Positions 14,116 to 29,152 of a stretch of 64,000 bases of DNA are shown here, one piece after another (positions within the stretch are counted from its first letter, which is position 1; each line of letters starts with the position of its first letter). Both the position numbers and the translations under genes were made by a program. Source of the stretch: Trichoplax adhaerens (Eukaryota; Animalia; Placozoa); contig NW_002060943.1 in the NCBI RefSeq assembly GCF_000150275.1, forward strand, positions 1,819,732-1,883,731, written 5' to 3'. The notes beneath the pieces were generated by a model. The model was not told the DNA's origin. It did no database searches and saw only the letters and a program-made list of their open reading frames with translations.

Positions 14116-14674
14116 GTCAGACTTTTGTAAACAGCAGCCATTCAATCCCAACCGATCCGCTTTAGTTCCCTTGACCTCATTCGAGAGTTAAAACACCCTC
14201 TAAACCAGTATACTGAATGTACATTAAGCATTAAGCAATTAAGTATCTGATGAATCTTGACCAACTTCATGTTTAGACTGTTGAAGTAGCATTGACAACG
14301 TTGTTGACGCCATTAGACGATAGAAAAGAAAATTAAGAGGAGAAAATAGAGATCACATAGACAATATCAATTTAATCTACATCTAATTTTGCCATCCTTT
14401 GCTTCAATTCAAGACAGTAACGAAGGCGTTCAATGCGTACAGCTTCTTTCTGCCTTTCTCGTCGCGAGTATTTTCTTGCTCTTTTCGACAACAAGAAAAG
14501 AAGATCTCCATTGACCTTCAAACTGTTCTTATACTAGCCCATAGATTGGAAAGTGGGGAATAAGAGATCATTGCCATTATCTTCTTGAAGAAATTAACTG
14601 CTTCAGTGTAGAGTATACTCTTTTATTCAAAGCGATTTCTACTTTATTATTGGGTTGACATTAGTGGTGACAGA

Positions 14675-17600
14675 ATGATGATGATGGACGTTGCTTGCGC
14701 TACTTATGAAGTGGATTTTATCGAAGAAAGATCCATCCGTTATGGCCGAGAACCAGTTTGGTTATTGGGCTGCTGTTACAATCCACTAGAAGGTAAGCTA
14801 ATTTAATAATCAAATACCAGAAAGGAAAATACCTCTTAATTGACAGTAAGAAGTAGTTCAACCGATAATGTACTGTGGTAGATACGTTGATCAATGAACT
14901 ACAATGCATTTGAAAGCGGTTTTCTGCATTGATACCGATTGGACACAAATTTGATCAACTTTAAATACTTATTGATTCATCTACAATGACATATTTAGGT
15001 GGTTTTCATAGCCTAGTTACAATCTCATCCGTAAAATAATTTATAATTCACTCAGCTTAATCTGTTGGGTAAACTACGGTCTTTCCCCAATATATAACTT
15101 TGCAGTACTCGCATGTCCGATTGAATTTAACCTTTCTAGAGGCCAGCCATAGAAAAACGAAAGAAAAATGGCCATCATTCTGCTGATGTTTTAATATTAC
15201 AGTACAGTATATGCAAACAAGATACACACACATATAGGGTTATGGGTCATCGTACTAATTTTTTTATGAATATTTTAAGCTGTAAACAGAAATATCGCCG
15301 ACATCACTACAGTAGCCACCAACTCTTGCTGTATTCACAAGACTTGCAAACCTATCTGAATTTGAATCATTTTCCTACCTCTTAGTCTTATCAACAAAAA
15401 AACTGACCACAGTGTATTTTCTTGTAGTTTGCGTAAAAATTTTTTCCCATGACTGTGTCCTCATACAGTACGCAGTCTAGACAATTTACGTACAGCATTA
15501 ATGGCGGTTAGTAGCAGGAGTGGTACTAACACTGTAGTTTGCCGTTTCTTCGTACCAAAGTAGCTCTGATTCCTCTATAACTAGTTTATACTACATCACA
15601 TGAGTACCCGTAAAATTACCTAGACTTTCGAATGTTGTGATAGTCACGATGGACAGATGCTAATTGTTATTGCTTTCCATCTCAGTATCAGCGATTTTAT
15701 TTAAAACTTGCTCATAGATTGTCCTTTTTCCTCTATTAGTCTATAAATACAATATTTGAAATACGCGTATACGCGTACCTGCATAAACATCTCATCGTCA
15801 CGATGATCATCGCTGCAGCCAATAGATGGCCTCATTAGATAATTCTCAGGGATATACTCGTAAATGATATACGGTAATAATATTTTTCTTAAAAAACGAA
15901 CTTCTTGATTTGGGCGAGTGCCATCCTTTTATTTTAATGCAGGTTTCATAATTTCTATCCTTGGACGGTTAAAGTTAAAAATCTTTTAGTAAAATTTCTA
16001 CGGCAAGAACATAACTGAGCGCTTCCTTCCTTACAATTTATTTAGAAGCCAGGTTTAATTAATCATACCTACGAGATATCAGCCTTTTTCGATTGCGAAC
16101 TTTTATGACCTTCATATTCGTTGCCTCTCAATCACCTTATCAAGCATTCACTTGCAATTAATTGTAGGAGAATTTTTTAAAAATGAATTAAAAACAACTT
16201 TAATTGATACAGCCATTGTCGAATAACTCTAACTCAGAGCGTATCTTAAACTCATGTAGCAATTAAAGATTATTATTCAATCTTAAACCAGTTATTATAA
16301 AACTATAAATCAACTATAATCAGAGCTCCCTTCCCTGTCATTCTATCTGTATTAGCATCGACAGAGATTAATACGGTAACATTTTGAATAGGCGCTATTA
16401 GCTGGCCGGAGAAAGCCTAAAGTTTGGTTAAATAGACAGGACGGGAATTAAAACTTAAAATTTCGTCGGTGTGTACTACTCTTATAAGTTTTATAATATA
16501 AAAGTAGGTCATCCATTTAATTATGAATGTGTCAGTCAGCGTTATAATAAGATAGGTTAATTTCTCAGTATTTCAATCCTTTGGAAGGAAGGAATTCAAA
16601 TGAAATTTATCGTTCATACGCCATAGGGTATGAGTGTAAAAAATGATCACAGATATGCTATTCTGGACGTTATTTACAACGATGTACGGATATTAATGTT
16701 CTGTGCCCTTAATATCTAACGCCTTTACTAATGGTGGTGTTCATTATGCAAATTTCCTAATCTTACTTGTCATCATTCGATTAATTTGATCATTTTATAT
16801 CTTTGCATTTTACAGAATTTGATAAATTGATCGCTGATATCAATTCGAAATTTTGGTTCACCTATAGGAAAAATTATCCGCCAATTGGTAGGCCTTGTAG
16901 CACTTAACATTTCACTAGCAATATTCAAGTCTTGCTGTCGTTGATAGGAATCATAGGATAGCTATTCATGTATAATCTTTCTGTCCATGATGAACAATAC
17001 ATTATAGAGCAACCCATCATTGTGACTCCCTGAACGTAATTTAATATAAAAGGAACAAAAAATAGCCTACATTTCTTTAAATTTATTCGACAATTGTTTG
17101 GTAATTTTATGTCAGTAATTTCCATGCTATGATCCAATAATTTTATCTTACCTTTCTGTTTATAATATTGCACTGATAGTGATCAATCATGCTTCGGTAA
17201 TCGTTAACCTCTATATACAATGCATGAGTTATTGTCATGGATTACCAAGTTCTATGGTACTGTAGAATTTAGTAGTCTAGTCATTGTATTTTTGTAGTAA
17301 CTAATAACTGAACGATATTTAGCAATGATAATATATAAAATACAATACATCCATTGCAAAATTGTGTCTACTAGTGATGATCGTGAGTATAATTGACGAC
17401 TAAACTACATATTATATTAAGAAAGAATAAGTGTATATAAAAATTCCATTTCATTAAATATTTTTTCGGCACTAAACGTAATCATGCACTGGTGCAATTT
17501 TTCGTCAGTTAGTTCAAGTGACGCTAACTTTGAATGATTTTCTAATTGCTAATGCATCTCATAGGTGGAATCGGCCCAACATCCGATAAAGGCTGGGGTT

Positions 17601-19921
17601 GCATGCTGCGTTGTGGTCAAATGATATTAGGCCAGGCATTAGTTATGAGACATTTAGGCAGAGGTAAATGAAGATGGCTCATTCGTTTGTCTTCGCATTT
17701 TTAGATAAAATCTCTTATACGTAGAAATTACTTATTTCTTTTTTCACTATTGATACTGTAATCTTGCAATTTCTATTAACACGCTACAAATTATCATTTC
17801 AATTCTAATAGATTGGCGTTGGTTTAAAAATAAAGAGCAACTTGCGAATTATTGGAAGGTAACATACTCCTAAATCAACTATATTGGTATAAGATTACAA
17901 TTTTTAAATATTTTTGTTTGAAATATTTGAACAACTAACCTTGCCGGATTTGTCTGACTTCAACGTATTTAGATTTTAAAGTTATTCTTAGACTCCAAAG
18001 ACAGTCTCTATTCAATCCATCAAATCGGTATTTGACCGCATAGTAATTACTAAATGCTTAAAAGATGTATTAACACTCTCGCATTTGATCTATCTCTTGT
18101 ACAGTAGTAATGATACCAACAGATTTACATAATGTATTTATCCTTATGGATAATTGTGGCGTTATCAATTTCTTTCTGCTTAGCCTCTACATAATACAAA
18201 GTATCGTAGTTTTTACAAGCTTTTCTATGGCTATAAAATTTTCTTAGTCACAATAATGTATTGGATATTTTTAACCTAAATATTTGGAAGTGTGTTGAAA
18301 CGTTTTTCTGATAATCTATCGTTGAATTATTAACTAGTATTTTTTTCTTGCAGCACAAATGGGAGTATCGGAAGGGAAAAAAATCAGTCAATGGTTCGGG
18401 CCGAATACAGCCGCACAAGTACTCAAGTATGCTTATTTAAAGAAGTTCTCAACCATCTGTCTTTAAGTCAATTATGATATGCTATGTTTATCGTAATTTT
18501 ATGTATGTCTTGTCTTAGGAAACTCATCATGTTTGATGAATGGAGTCAAATGGGTGTTTATGTCGCTATGGACAACATTGTTGTTATTGACGATATAAGT
18601 AGGTTTTACAATTAGAATGCAATATAGGTTTAACTTGAATTTTTTACTTTCACTATTTTGAAACGAAATTGTGTATAATTTTACTCACCTAATTGTGTTT
18701 TTATAGAAAAAATTTGCCACAATCATATCACCAGAACGTCGCAAGGAAACGCTGCTAATAGTGATGCTCAAGGGTCATCTAATGAGCAATCAAATGCTTG
18801 GAAGCCTTTACTACTTTTTATTCCACTACGTTTAGGTTTAACGGACCTTAACCCTATTTACAAAGATAAATTAAATGTAAAACCGTTTAACTTAAATCGT
18901 TATACGTGGCAGCTATGCTTTACCAATTTCTATTAGCAGGCTTAAAATATTCTTTACGTAATTTACTAGAAATGCTTTAGGATAAAAAATACATTAGGAA
19001 TAATAGGAGGAAAGCCTAACAGTGCACACTATTTTATTGGTATACAAGGTAACTAAAATCCTTTAAAAATAAATTAAGAAATCTAAGGATTCAAAATAAG
19101 ATATTCAATGCAAATTCTAGGGGATTATTTGCTGTACTTGGATCCGCATACTGTGCAAGAAACTGTTAAAGTAAAGCCCAACTGTCCTTTTTCGGATAAG
19201 GTATTAATCAAGATTTGTAACATAATACAGATTGTATAAATGACGTAGTCGTATACGATAATCTTACCTTTCTGATCACAAATGCTAACGTTATCATCTA
19301 ATTTCTTTATATTATATATTGTATATAATTGTAATATATGTATATTTATTAAATTTTTGAAATGTAGACATATCATCAGAAAGGCACTAACCGACTGCAT
19401 TTTTCGTACATGGATCCATCCGTTGCTCTCGTTAGTGCTGATTCATATTAGTAACTGATAACTATTGCACATCTGTATTATTTTCTTCGTTATTAACTCG
19501 GACAGATTTTTTATAGGGATTTTACAGTGCTACCGAGGAGGAATTTAACGAACTTTGTCGCGATTTTACTGATGTATGTATTGTCAAGAAATATCTTTCA
19601 ATTTTACATTTACATCAATACGAATAAATATTGGTGTTATCCCTTTTTGCACTGCTGTGTGTAGTTAAATAGTGCACAGCCTCCGTTGTTTGAGGTAGTG
19701 GAACAACGACCTCCACATTGGCCAGAACTGGTACTGCCAAATAGTCCATACGATGACACATCCGATGTTGGTATGTAATTGCTTTATTCAAAACATTAAT
19801 ATGACCGAAGTGCGTAATATGGCTAATGAAGTTATTTTTATTAGCTGCAGGATTTACAGAAATCAGAAGAGAAGAAAGGCATTTCGATAGTGATAACGAT
19901 TTCGAAATAATTGACATGTAG
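14675..19921 (+). CDS. ATG4: Cysteine protease ATG4 (peptidase C54), 14 coding exons
   Basis: Exon 1 14675-14792 ([10 protein letters not shown]...EPVWLLG); 16816-16887 ([12 protein letters not shown]); 17565-17663 ([16 protein letters not shown], catalytic Cys). Later exons encode [48 protein letters not shown] (catalytic Asp/His; 19121-19200) and MDPS. The last exon ends [11 protein letters not shown] at 19921. Confidence 0.96.
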
Positions 19922-22306
19922 TACCTTTTACAATTTATGAAGTATATACTACAACACTCTATCTGATCTCTTTTTATTTCTTATAAATAGCAACTAGTGA
20001 CAATTAAAAAATTATATCTCTATATTCTTTAGATTAATACATCAACTGTAAAATAGCTATACCAAAGTAGCAAAATTAAATTGCTTTGTTGTACATTATA
20101 TCTGTTGTATTTGACTAATATTTAACGATTATATTTTAGCCTCATATTGAACTATCGCTGCCTTTTAAACAGTATTCTTGTTTAATTATTACTGTATACG
20201 TTACCGCAGTGCCTTATTGCGTAAGGATAGATACTATGTAACTTTGTATCAAAGTCTATAGGTACCAATACTTAATTTTTATTTCCTTCCAGTGATAAAT
20301 ATGTACAATGTTGCATTGTAAGACTATCATATTTGTACAGTTCTATGCTCTAGTCAAACTTTAAAATGTGAAGTTAAAAAATAGTAAAGAGTTAGAAATA
20401 TATTTACTCGCACATAAGATAGAGAATAAAGAGCGATATAGATTTAAGACTGTTGATCATTCAAGTATTTGTAGCCATATTATTTTTTTTATTTTATGGT
20501 GTTAAACTATGAAACCATTGATTTTGGTTGTGAACTATTTGTAATTTAATGAAATGGCTTTATCGTATTTTATATCATTCCGAACTTTAGTTTAATTCAT
20601 TGCAATCAGCCATGTTCTATCCTCATAGTATCTTAACATAAAGTATTTGATCTTTTCATTATTGATAATAAAGTTTATAGATTGTCTATCAACTCACGTG
20701 AGTCTTACCATGTTTATAAAAACTGCCAACTAGAAATATTAAGGTAGATAGTAACTAAATGTCAATTTAACACGAAATTATTTGTACTACTGAAGAAAAT
20801 GGTATGAGTCATGAATCATTTCAGGTGCTGTTAGGGTACATATTCTATTATGTCCAAGGAAATTATTTTTTAAATATCTAAGCCTATAGAAATCTCTCAA
20901 AATACGTCGTTACAATAAATTTGCAGTTACTTAAATAAAGCAAATGGAAATTTTGGGTATGATGGCGTTTCATTGATGTTAAATAGCAGATAATAGAAAA
21001 TGCGTTGATAGAGACTAATAACCCAAACAATAACCAACAATATTGCTGCAAGTTTGCAATAAACTATCTAAAAGAGCCATATAATGTTAAGTACGGCAAT
21101 AGCCTTTAGGTTAATTCGATTTTTATTTAGAAATGGTAGATACATCTTTGTATTAGTCCTTCTTGGATTCCATTTCTTTATCCGAACTATGCAATTTTGC
21201 ACCATAAATTATCTATAGAGCAGGTATGGGGCGATCAATACTATTTCACCACATCTACTATCTACAATTGTAATTAAATTATCTACGAGCATATATGCTG
21301 TACTGTATATATATATATATATATTCTAGCAATCATGAAATAGACATATTCAGTCTTTCCATTTATGGAATCAAAATGATGCAAAAATAATGACTTACTA
21401 GTTGAAATTTATAATCTATAGTAGCTCAAACAGTTAAGTAAATTATTTAACAAAAAATTACAAATCTTACCGTGATCTTGATCATGTTTACTTTATAAGA
21501 AAAATCAAGAAAGATATGGCCATAACAAAAAGCCATTAAGCGTATTAATTTACGTGAAATTAATACTGTTTTAATAATATTATGCGAATAAACAATTCTT
21601 TTAATCACTTATAATAATTATCTAACATAGATTTATCATAAAAGTCTTGTACACAACCTAAAATGCTATCTAAAATGATACCATATCAGGCCTGATCTTA
21701 GATATTGGCATTATACTAACCATAATTAGATTTACTGTATTGTGGTAGAAATTATTCTGTTTGAAATAATCACGATGGTCATTTAGAATATAGTAAATAA
21801 GTATTAACTTTAATTTAATGGCTATTAAACTAGCACTTTCTTTTGATTACATCCAGAAAGACTATAAAGTACAACACATCGAATTATTATAGTCTATTTC
21901 TGTTGCCCAGTCTATAACCAAGGAATATTTTAAAGAGCGTCAAAATCTATAGCCTAATATTTCTGAGAACATACGATACAAGTGTGGCTATTTTGGCTGC
22001 TAAAAGTAAAAGTATCCTCCAATAACTTTTAATTATACTGGATAGATAATCTTTTATGAAATTTTAAGGTGATCTGTTGCGATACATCATCTACCATAAA
22101 TAATATGAAGGCTGTAAAAATTATTTTAGCTTAGTTCAGAACTATAAGCGATGAGCCAAAGTCATCAACCTTTTTATCATTGCAGTTAGGCCAATAAAAT
22201 CTATCACCACACCAGCTAATAAATTGATGTATCTATGTAATTTTAATTGTAGTTTAATTAAATAAATGCCTAGTAGAACAAAGTCAGGAAATTGTTTCTT
22301 CCTTTT

Positions 22307-25300
22307 TTATAAACAAAATACTTGCAGTCCACCTTTTTCAACGGTACCCTGAATTGGGCCATAATCCACTACTTCACCATCTACGGTTAAATATCCACCT
22401 TCAGTTTCTGGTACAAGACGAAATGCTTTGCATGGTATTAACTGAACATCAGGCGATTCAATGTATTGTCCATTCTTGGTTGATAAGAGTATTTTAGTTA
22501 ATCCTTTACGATTAACTTTATCACTGACTGCCACAATATATGCCTTGCCATCATCTAGTCTTGATGGCGGTGCAAATAGGAAATCCGTCGATAAATAAGG
22601 CAAATTACCGATGACAACTGTAATGAAATCCTGATCAATTACTTTCCATTGATTCGGTAGAGGTTTATCAAGTGATGGTATAGGATTTGAATCATCGCCA
22701 ACTCTGCAAAATAATAAGGTATAATTTATTTCCTTATTTATTTATAAATCAAGCTTAATCTCCGTACTTTCTTAATCCATTGTACCTTCATAGATATTAT
22801 TGGCTCTTAAAAGTTATATCAAGTAAAATAATATGATCGTTGCATCAACTTACGTCAGAATAGCAGATTGTTGATGGTTGGCATCCAATTGTGTAACATT
22901 CATATCATCATCGTTGTGAAACTAAAAATGCGAGGTGAGAATGTAGGGTGTTTACGCTTTTGCATCGATTGACATTGCTTCATGTTATGAATTAATTATT
23001 ATTGTAAATGGCTGCGGATAATATTCAATAAATTACAGTATAATATATGGACTAACAAAGCCAAGATAACATGAGCCTAAACGATGCAGTATTTGTTTAT
23101 TAAACATGCAATATGTTTATTATAGATGCTATCCAATTTAGCTTGCAAAGTGAATGGACTTTATTTGTTTATTTTTATTATGTTATACGTTGCATGAATT
23201 ACGGAGAGTTTATCTAGCTAATAAATAATTAGGAGTTTCAACACTGACTTTTCATTCCATAGGAATTAGTATTAGAACTGTTCATTTAGCCATATTACGT
23301 TCAAAAACTTGAATACTACTGCAACCTAAATCTTACAGATATAAAAAATCAATCTGACTTCCAATCAACTTACGTTAAATGTTTCATCCATAACAGCAGA
23401 ACGTTCACTGACATTGCCATTATTCGTCCATTGAGATTCTCGAGTTTCTTCAGGCTCCTTGTCACAAGGTAAGTAAGATATTTTGCCTCGATAGACCTTT
23501 CGTTTAGCAATCATGGAAACTGCTTCTACAGTAAAGCGATTAGAACCAAGAAAATGAAACTTTTCTGACTTGATGTCAATATCAGCAATCATTCCCCATC
23601 CTATAGATAGAAAGGCTAGAAAATTGTTTTTTTTCGACTGTAAATGCATCAAATCCAACGGACGAGTTGAATATTTTGCAATGATAAAGGTGGCACTGAC
23701 GATATCATTTGGCTCTCTAGAATAAAATAATGAAGAAACTACTTAATCAACATATATGTACACAGGCCAAGTTATGAAAATTAATTCGACTTAAAAATGC
23801 GATAGGATTCATCCTTGATAATGAAGCAAGGAATGAGATACAGGTGGAAATTCTTTGACTACAAGTTAATATTTCTTAATTAATGACGATAGTCCTATTC
23901 TACTAGTATAAAATTAATAAGATAAATATTGATACGTTTATTTCAATCCATAATAAATGCAAATGGACTCTAAATATATTCTAATAATTTTGATAGCCCT
24001 TCGAAGTAAAGAATAAAACCAACTAAAGCAGTACTTGGGCTATGCCATTTTTAGACACAGAACGAAACTATGTGCATGCTTCAACCTAGCTAGTATAGAA
24101 CTAATTTAGAGAATCAAGATTGCTTGATCTGTTTAGGATTATTAATAAATGAGAAACTTCATAAATCTTTACATAGCATCCCTTAGCTCCAACTATCTCT
24201 TAGACACAATCTAATGATCAATCATTACCCTGAAAATTTCATAATGGACGCATAGAGTGCATTCCCTGATCCTGCAGGTAAAATACCAATAGGCATATGT
24301 CTTACGGTATCCCAATCCTGCCGCTCATTTAGTCCATTTATAACCTAATCAGAGAGATTGAACCAGTCATGAGTCTTATTTACAATGTTCACGCGATAAG
24401 CCATCATGTTCATCTTACATTTATATTTATTGGCAAGCCTATGCAATAAATTAATATCGCTATTACTAGTTACAAACTTACTTCATAAATCAATCCGTCT
24501 CCGGATACAACTAATATACCATCCCATTTGGAAAGATTAGCATTAATGATATAGTCTTTTGCATGCCCGACTCGTTCTATAAATGAAAGAAAATTAAGTT
24601 TAATCTGTCCGCAGTCAATCAATTACTACATGAAAGCTTCACTTAGTTATTAATATAAGTAGATTTTGAAAATGACCTTTAAACTAAAGCTACTCAACAT
24701 TAAAGCAATTACATCGTTGTACCTGTAGTTACAACTTCGCATAATATATCCGCTTCATTTAAAATATCTTTTGATTTGCCGTTGAAAATTTTACTAGCTT
24801 TACCAGATCCACTACAAGGGTTAATAAAAACCAACAATTTTCGTGGTGCTGGGCAAGATTTTGATCCTAGATCTGGATATTGTTAAGAAATAAAAAAATT
24901 TATGAGTCCATTTCATTTTTATTTTATCGGTATTGATGTTTTAAGATTTATATACGTATATCATATCGATCGTCATATTTACTGTATTCTAATATTACAA
25001 TCTATTAAGTGGATAAATCGATCGTATGATAATAAAGATTATTTTATTTTAACTATGTAAATATTATAGTCTCGATGATCATTTTAATTACTGAAAGATA
25101 ATTTGTGAGATAGTTTCACGATCAGGATCAAAGTGGCAATTCGATTCTCAGGTTTTCATAAAATGTTTTATTTTAATAAAGATCGGGACAGCGATGCTAA
25201 AATGATACAAGCTCAAAGATTATTTTAAGGATTAAATGTTAGCAACGTGGGTTAGGGTTAATAAAGTCGTCAATTATGGTTAGATAAAGGTTAGAAGAAT

Positions 25301-27248
25301 TTTTACATGAGGCACATATATAACATTGTATACTTAACGCAGCAATATTGTTAAGGATTGAAATTAGTTAAGGAATACTAACCCAGTATTTCATCAAATA
25401 ATGATGAAGTTGAGAAGAATCGTGGCTGCTATAGAATTAGGATATTCTCTGATTATCAAGTGTTGGTAGTGTGATATTAAACACGTAAAACTGCACTATA
25501 GGGAAATTTCTTTCCATACACTGTATGCCCTACGATATCGCACCAATGTCTCTTAATAGGAATGTAAGCTATTGGCTGGATGTTAGACAGCTAAGGCTCA
25601 TTTAATTGTGGTAAGGATCGAGAAAATGATGCCATGATAATTCATGAATATTGTATCATCTTAACATAGAAGCGTAAAGATGTTCTTCCAGGATTGAACT
25701 TCGATTACAGCTGCAATGGCATAATAAGCAGAGAAAACTGGCTTGTTCTATCATAACAACATTATGCAGAATTCTAAATATTTTATCCTATTTGCAAACG
25801 TCGGATCTTCCGATTTACTATACGCTTTAGCAATTAGCGATGATCTTTAGATTCTTTTTCATCGCTAACGATCCATTTAGCCGTAAACGTTAATATTTAA
25901 ATTCAATATTTAGTGGCTCTACCGTAGGAAGTGATGAATCATTTTTTACTTTCCATTGTTTGGAGCAATTTTGTTTGAAGTAATTAAATTATCGCTTAAA
26001 ACTGTCATACAATTTGAGTACAACCTGACATACTCGTATAACGTGACTAAACTAATATTTTTTCATAAGTACTGGAAGAAAACAAAACTAGAGGATAGTC
26101 TTCAATATCGAAAAGCTAATCGGATTTAAAGTCTATCTATAGAAATAGCCGATATTGCGAAAATATAGAATTCTACTGTTACCATCAGTAAAGCCTCCGC
26201 TAGAATAGCAAATCTGTTCAAATTATTAAAACATCTTAGAGGAGAGCTTTTCATGGCGAAATTGAAGTGTGACCTCATCAATAACAAATTTCCCAATAAT
26301 TTATAATGGGAAACATTTTTACTCCAATATTTAATGGTAGCAATCTCTGGCTATTTAATAGCGTTTCTGACGGAAGAATAGATAGTTATTGAATGGAATT
26401 AATACGATGTGTCGGTGCAACTAGTGAAGCATACGGTTATCATATTGCTGTATGGGTGATTTGTTCTAAGTAAAGCTTATAGCAAGATAGCAAATTGGCC
26501 CTTTTAAAAGTAAAATATGGTACTACTAACTGAGTGGTCGTTAGTGTATTCCTTTCATCAAAACCTGGCGAAAAGGTAGGAGTGAAGACATTATGGGCGG
26601 AGTAGAATTTCCTCAGGATTTTTCTATAACGATCGAGGTATTAGTTTTAAAGCAAAGACGACGAATAAACACGTGTAGAAAAGGTGATTGAATAGCAGCT
26701 ATGTTGTGATGGAAAGGCAATCTCTACACTCTGATGGATGCAAGACTATCCTCAATCGAATAGATCTGGCTATGGATAAATGCTCTGATACAATCAATTG
26801 GAGTACCTGGTTGATACTTGATACCACGCAAAGCGCATATAATGGCTGCATGCCATTGATCTGCAATCTTGATGTTGTCTTCTACTTCCTTCGATTGGGC
26901 AACACGTAAATAGACTGGAATAGAAATTCTCTTACAAGCGGAACCAATCTTTTTCTTGCGCATTGGATACCAAAATAAGGTCAAATAGCCACCACGATCA
27001 CGGCGTTTCGTCGATGTACCTCTTGATACTTTACAGCCAATAACATCTTTTAGTTGTATTACGCCATCATCACCTAGTAGTGATGCTGGAGGGCCACTAT
27101 CGGATACTTTAATACACATTTGATTCTGAGTTAAGACGACATGGCAAGGCCTTAGCTTATTTCTAGGCCATATTAATTGTAATGTATCTTGCATGATAAT
27201 TTGGCTAATTAACGTTGTCGACTTATTGGATATACGAATTTCTTCCAT
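22307..27248 (-). CDS. SPHK: Sphingosine kinase with N-terminal PH-like extension
   Basis: Exons 27248-26807, 24872-24723 (LLVFINPCSGSGKA), 24576-24482 (VVSGDGLIYE), 24344-24229 (LPAGSGNAL), 23716-23374 (FLSIGWGMIADIDIKSEKFHFLGSNRF), 22921-22854 and 22703-22307 (LTVDGE) splice in frame. All five SphK conserved regions are present. Confidence 0.95.
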
Positions 27249-28209
27249 TTTCTGTCTTGATATCCAGAAGGAAATTTGCACGCGTCCCAAGTTGAAAGAA
27301 ACGACAAGAATTACCAATTTCCAAGTCGGTCAATAAAATGCTTAACCTATACTATGCTTCAAAGCCAGTCTGAAAATGAATATATTAATAATAAGACTTT
27401 TTTTTGGCATGGGTAGATTATTGATTGAAATTTCAGTTTGCCAATAGAAGCAGACTACGCAAGTTCTAATGACATTTTGCTTGTTTAACTCTTGAATACA
27501 GTACAATAGCTTCCGTATGGCACAAGCATCGAATGGATTTATATTACTTTTCGCTACTCCTAAGTCATTGCGAATTATTTTTCTATACTTTAGCTCAGAT
27601 ACGCGTAGGCCCATTAATAAACAATCTGCAACGGTCTAAAAATGACTCATACTATGTGTAATAGTATTCCAATAGTATTATCCAATTAAGATAGAATAAC
27701 AATAAATCAATTATTTCTGGCTATATTTAATCCACGGATTAATCATAGCGCAAAAAATAGACTAAATATCCATGCGCTAAGTATTGGCGATCAAAGTGAC
27801 ATTTTTCAGTTATCCAATGCAATCTGATTCGTAGGCTAGGTGTAATTATTCATCGACTCAGTTAATCTCTATCTATGTTTTGATTATACTTAATCAGAGT
27901 ATTGATCACAATTTTGCAATAATAACACAAGCCTACAAAATGCGGAATGGGTTATAACTTGCTTAAACCAATAGAACTACAAGACCATCTGCCTACCTCA
28001 TAGCATCGACTCTTGTAACTATCCTTGTCAAGTAGATAATACTCTACTCTAGAAAGATGATTAACACGATTTAAAGGGTCAATCTGTCATTCAACTTGCA
28101 ATCTTCATTAACGAAATACCAGCTAAAGAGTGGATCAAATTACCGTTAATTCCAATTATCCACTGTCAGTAATCATAATAATAGAAAAATGAGGAAAAAA
28201 AGTTCTCGT

Positions 28210-28240
28210 TCCTGACGTAATTTAGACCATGACGTCAGGA
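28210..28240. promoter_or_regulatory. Inverted pair of CRE/ATF-like sites about 1 kb upstream of SPHK
   Basis: tcctgacgt-N13-acgtcagga is a perfect 9-bp inverted repeat. It contains TGACGTAA and a canonical TGACGTCA (28230-28237). Confidence 0.4.
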
Positions 28241-28320
28241 TCATGGCTTAATGTTCTATACTATTGCTGCGGTTAGCTAGAATGAATGGCGAGTTCGTGC
28301 CTACCGGAGAAATATCCTTC

Positions 28321-28352
28321 TTATTGTTGTTGTTGTTGTTGTTGTTGTTATT
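28321..28352. repeat. (TTG)n microsatellite
   Basis: ttattgttgttgttgttgttgttgttgttatt. Confidence 0.9.
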
Positions 28353-28409
28353 ATTTTTTTTTATCGTATACCGGCACTACCAACTTTCTTATGGTTTCTA
28401 TTCCGGACT

Positions 28410-28765
28410 AATTGATATCAGCAGCCATGAAAATACGATTGTAGTAAGCATCAGAGTAGTTCAAGTAGTGAAATGGGGTTAGGGTGAAGATTCTAAGCAA
28501 GAAATTAATCTATCCAAAATGGATACTGCTATATTTTATCCAACGTAGATGTGATAGATACCTAAACAGGTTGATATTCTTATGGCTTCTATGTCGTACC
28601 AACTGATTTCAATCGTAATGAAAATACGATTCTAGTAAATGTAAAAGTAGGTAAAGTATTGAAATGGGGTTAGTAGGAAGGTACAAAGTAATAAATTAAT
28701 CTTTGCAAAATGGATACTAGATATGTTATCCAGTGCAGACGCTAGATACCTAAACACCTTGATAG
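28410..28765. repeat. Degenerate tandem duplication, period ~191 bp
   Basis: atgaaaatacgatt at 28427 and 28618; gaaatggggttag, aaaatggatact and tagatacctaaaca are each present twice. Confidence 0.85.
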
Positions 28766-29047
28766 CCGTAGCTTGGACGTTCCATCTATCTGGTAGGGTA
28801 ATGTTTTGATCGTTGGAATAGTTGAAGACGTTGAAAATTGTTTATTATTGTTTAGATCGCGTAGTACAAATTGTTATTATTGGTTAGAATGATAATTAAT
28901 CTCAGTAATGGATAATGATGGACGGAATACATCATTGCCCTTGATTGATTCACAATGCGCCATTGTAACCTTGCGTAGGCTCTATTATTATTATCTTTTA
29001 AAGAGATATGTGTAAAATGGATATAATGGTCTTTCCTTGTTCCGCGG

Positions 29048-29152
29048 TAAACCTCAATGGAATGTTAGTTAATGAATGCTCTATAAACCTCAATGGAATG
29101 TTAGTTAATGAATGCTCTATAAACCTCAATGGAATATTAGTTAATGAATGCT
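29048..29152. repeat. 36-bp tandem repeat, ~3 copies
   Basis: taaacctcaatggaatgttagttaatgaatgctcta starts at 29048, 29084 and 29120. Confidence 0.92.

Noticed and set aside
20693-20702. CLEAR/E-box-like TCACGTGA
   Set aside because: It lies 3' of ATG4, not in the LAMP/ATG4 promoter; a single copy could be chance.
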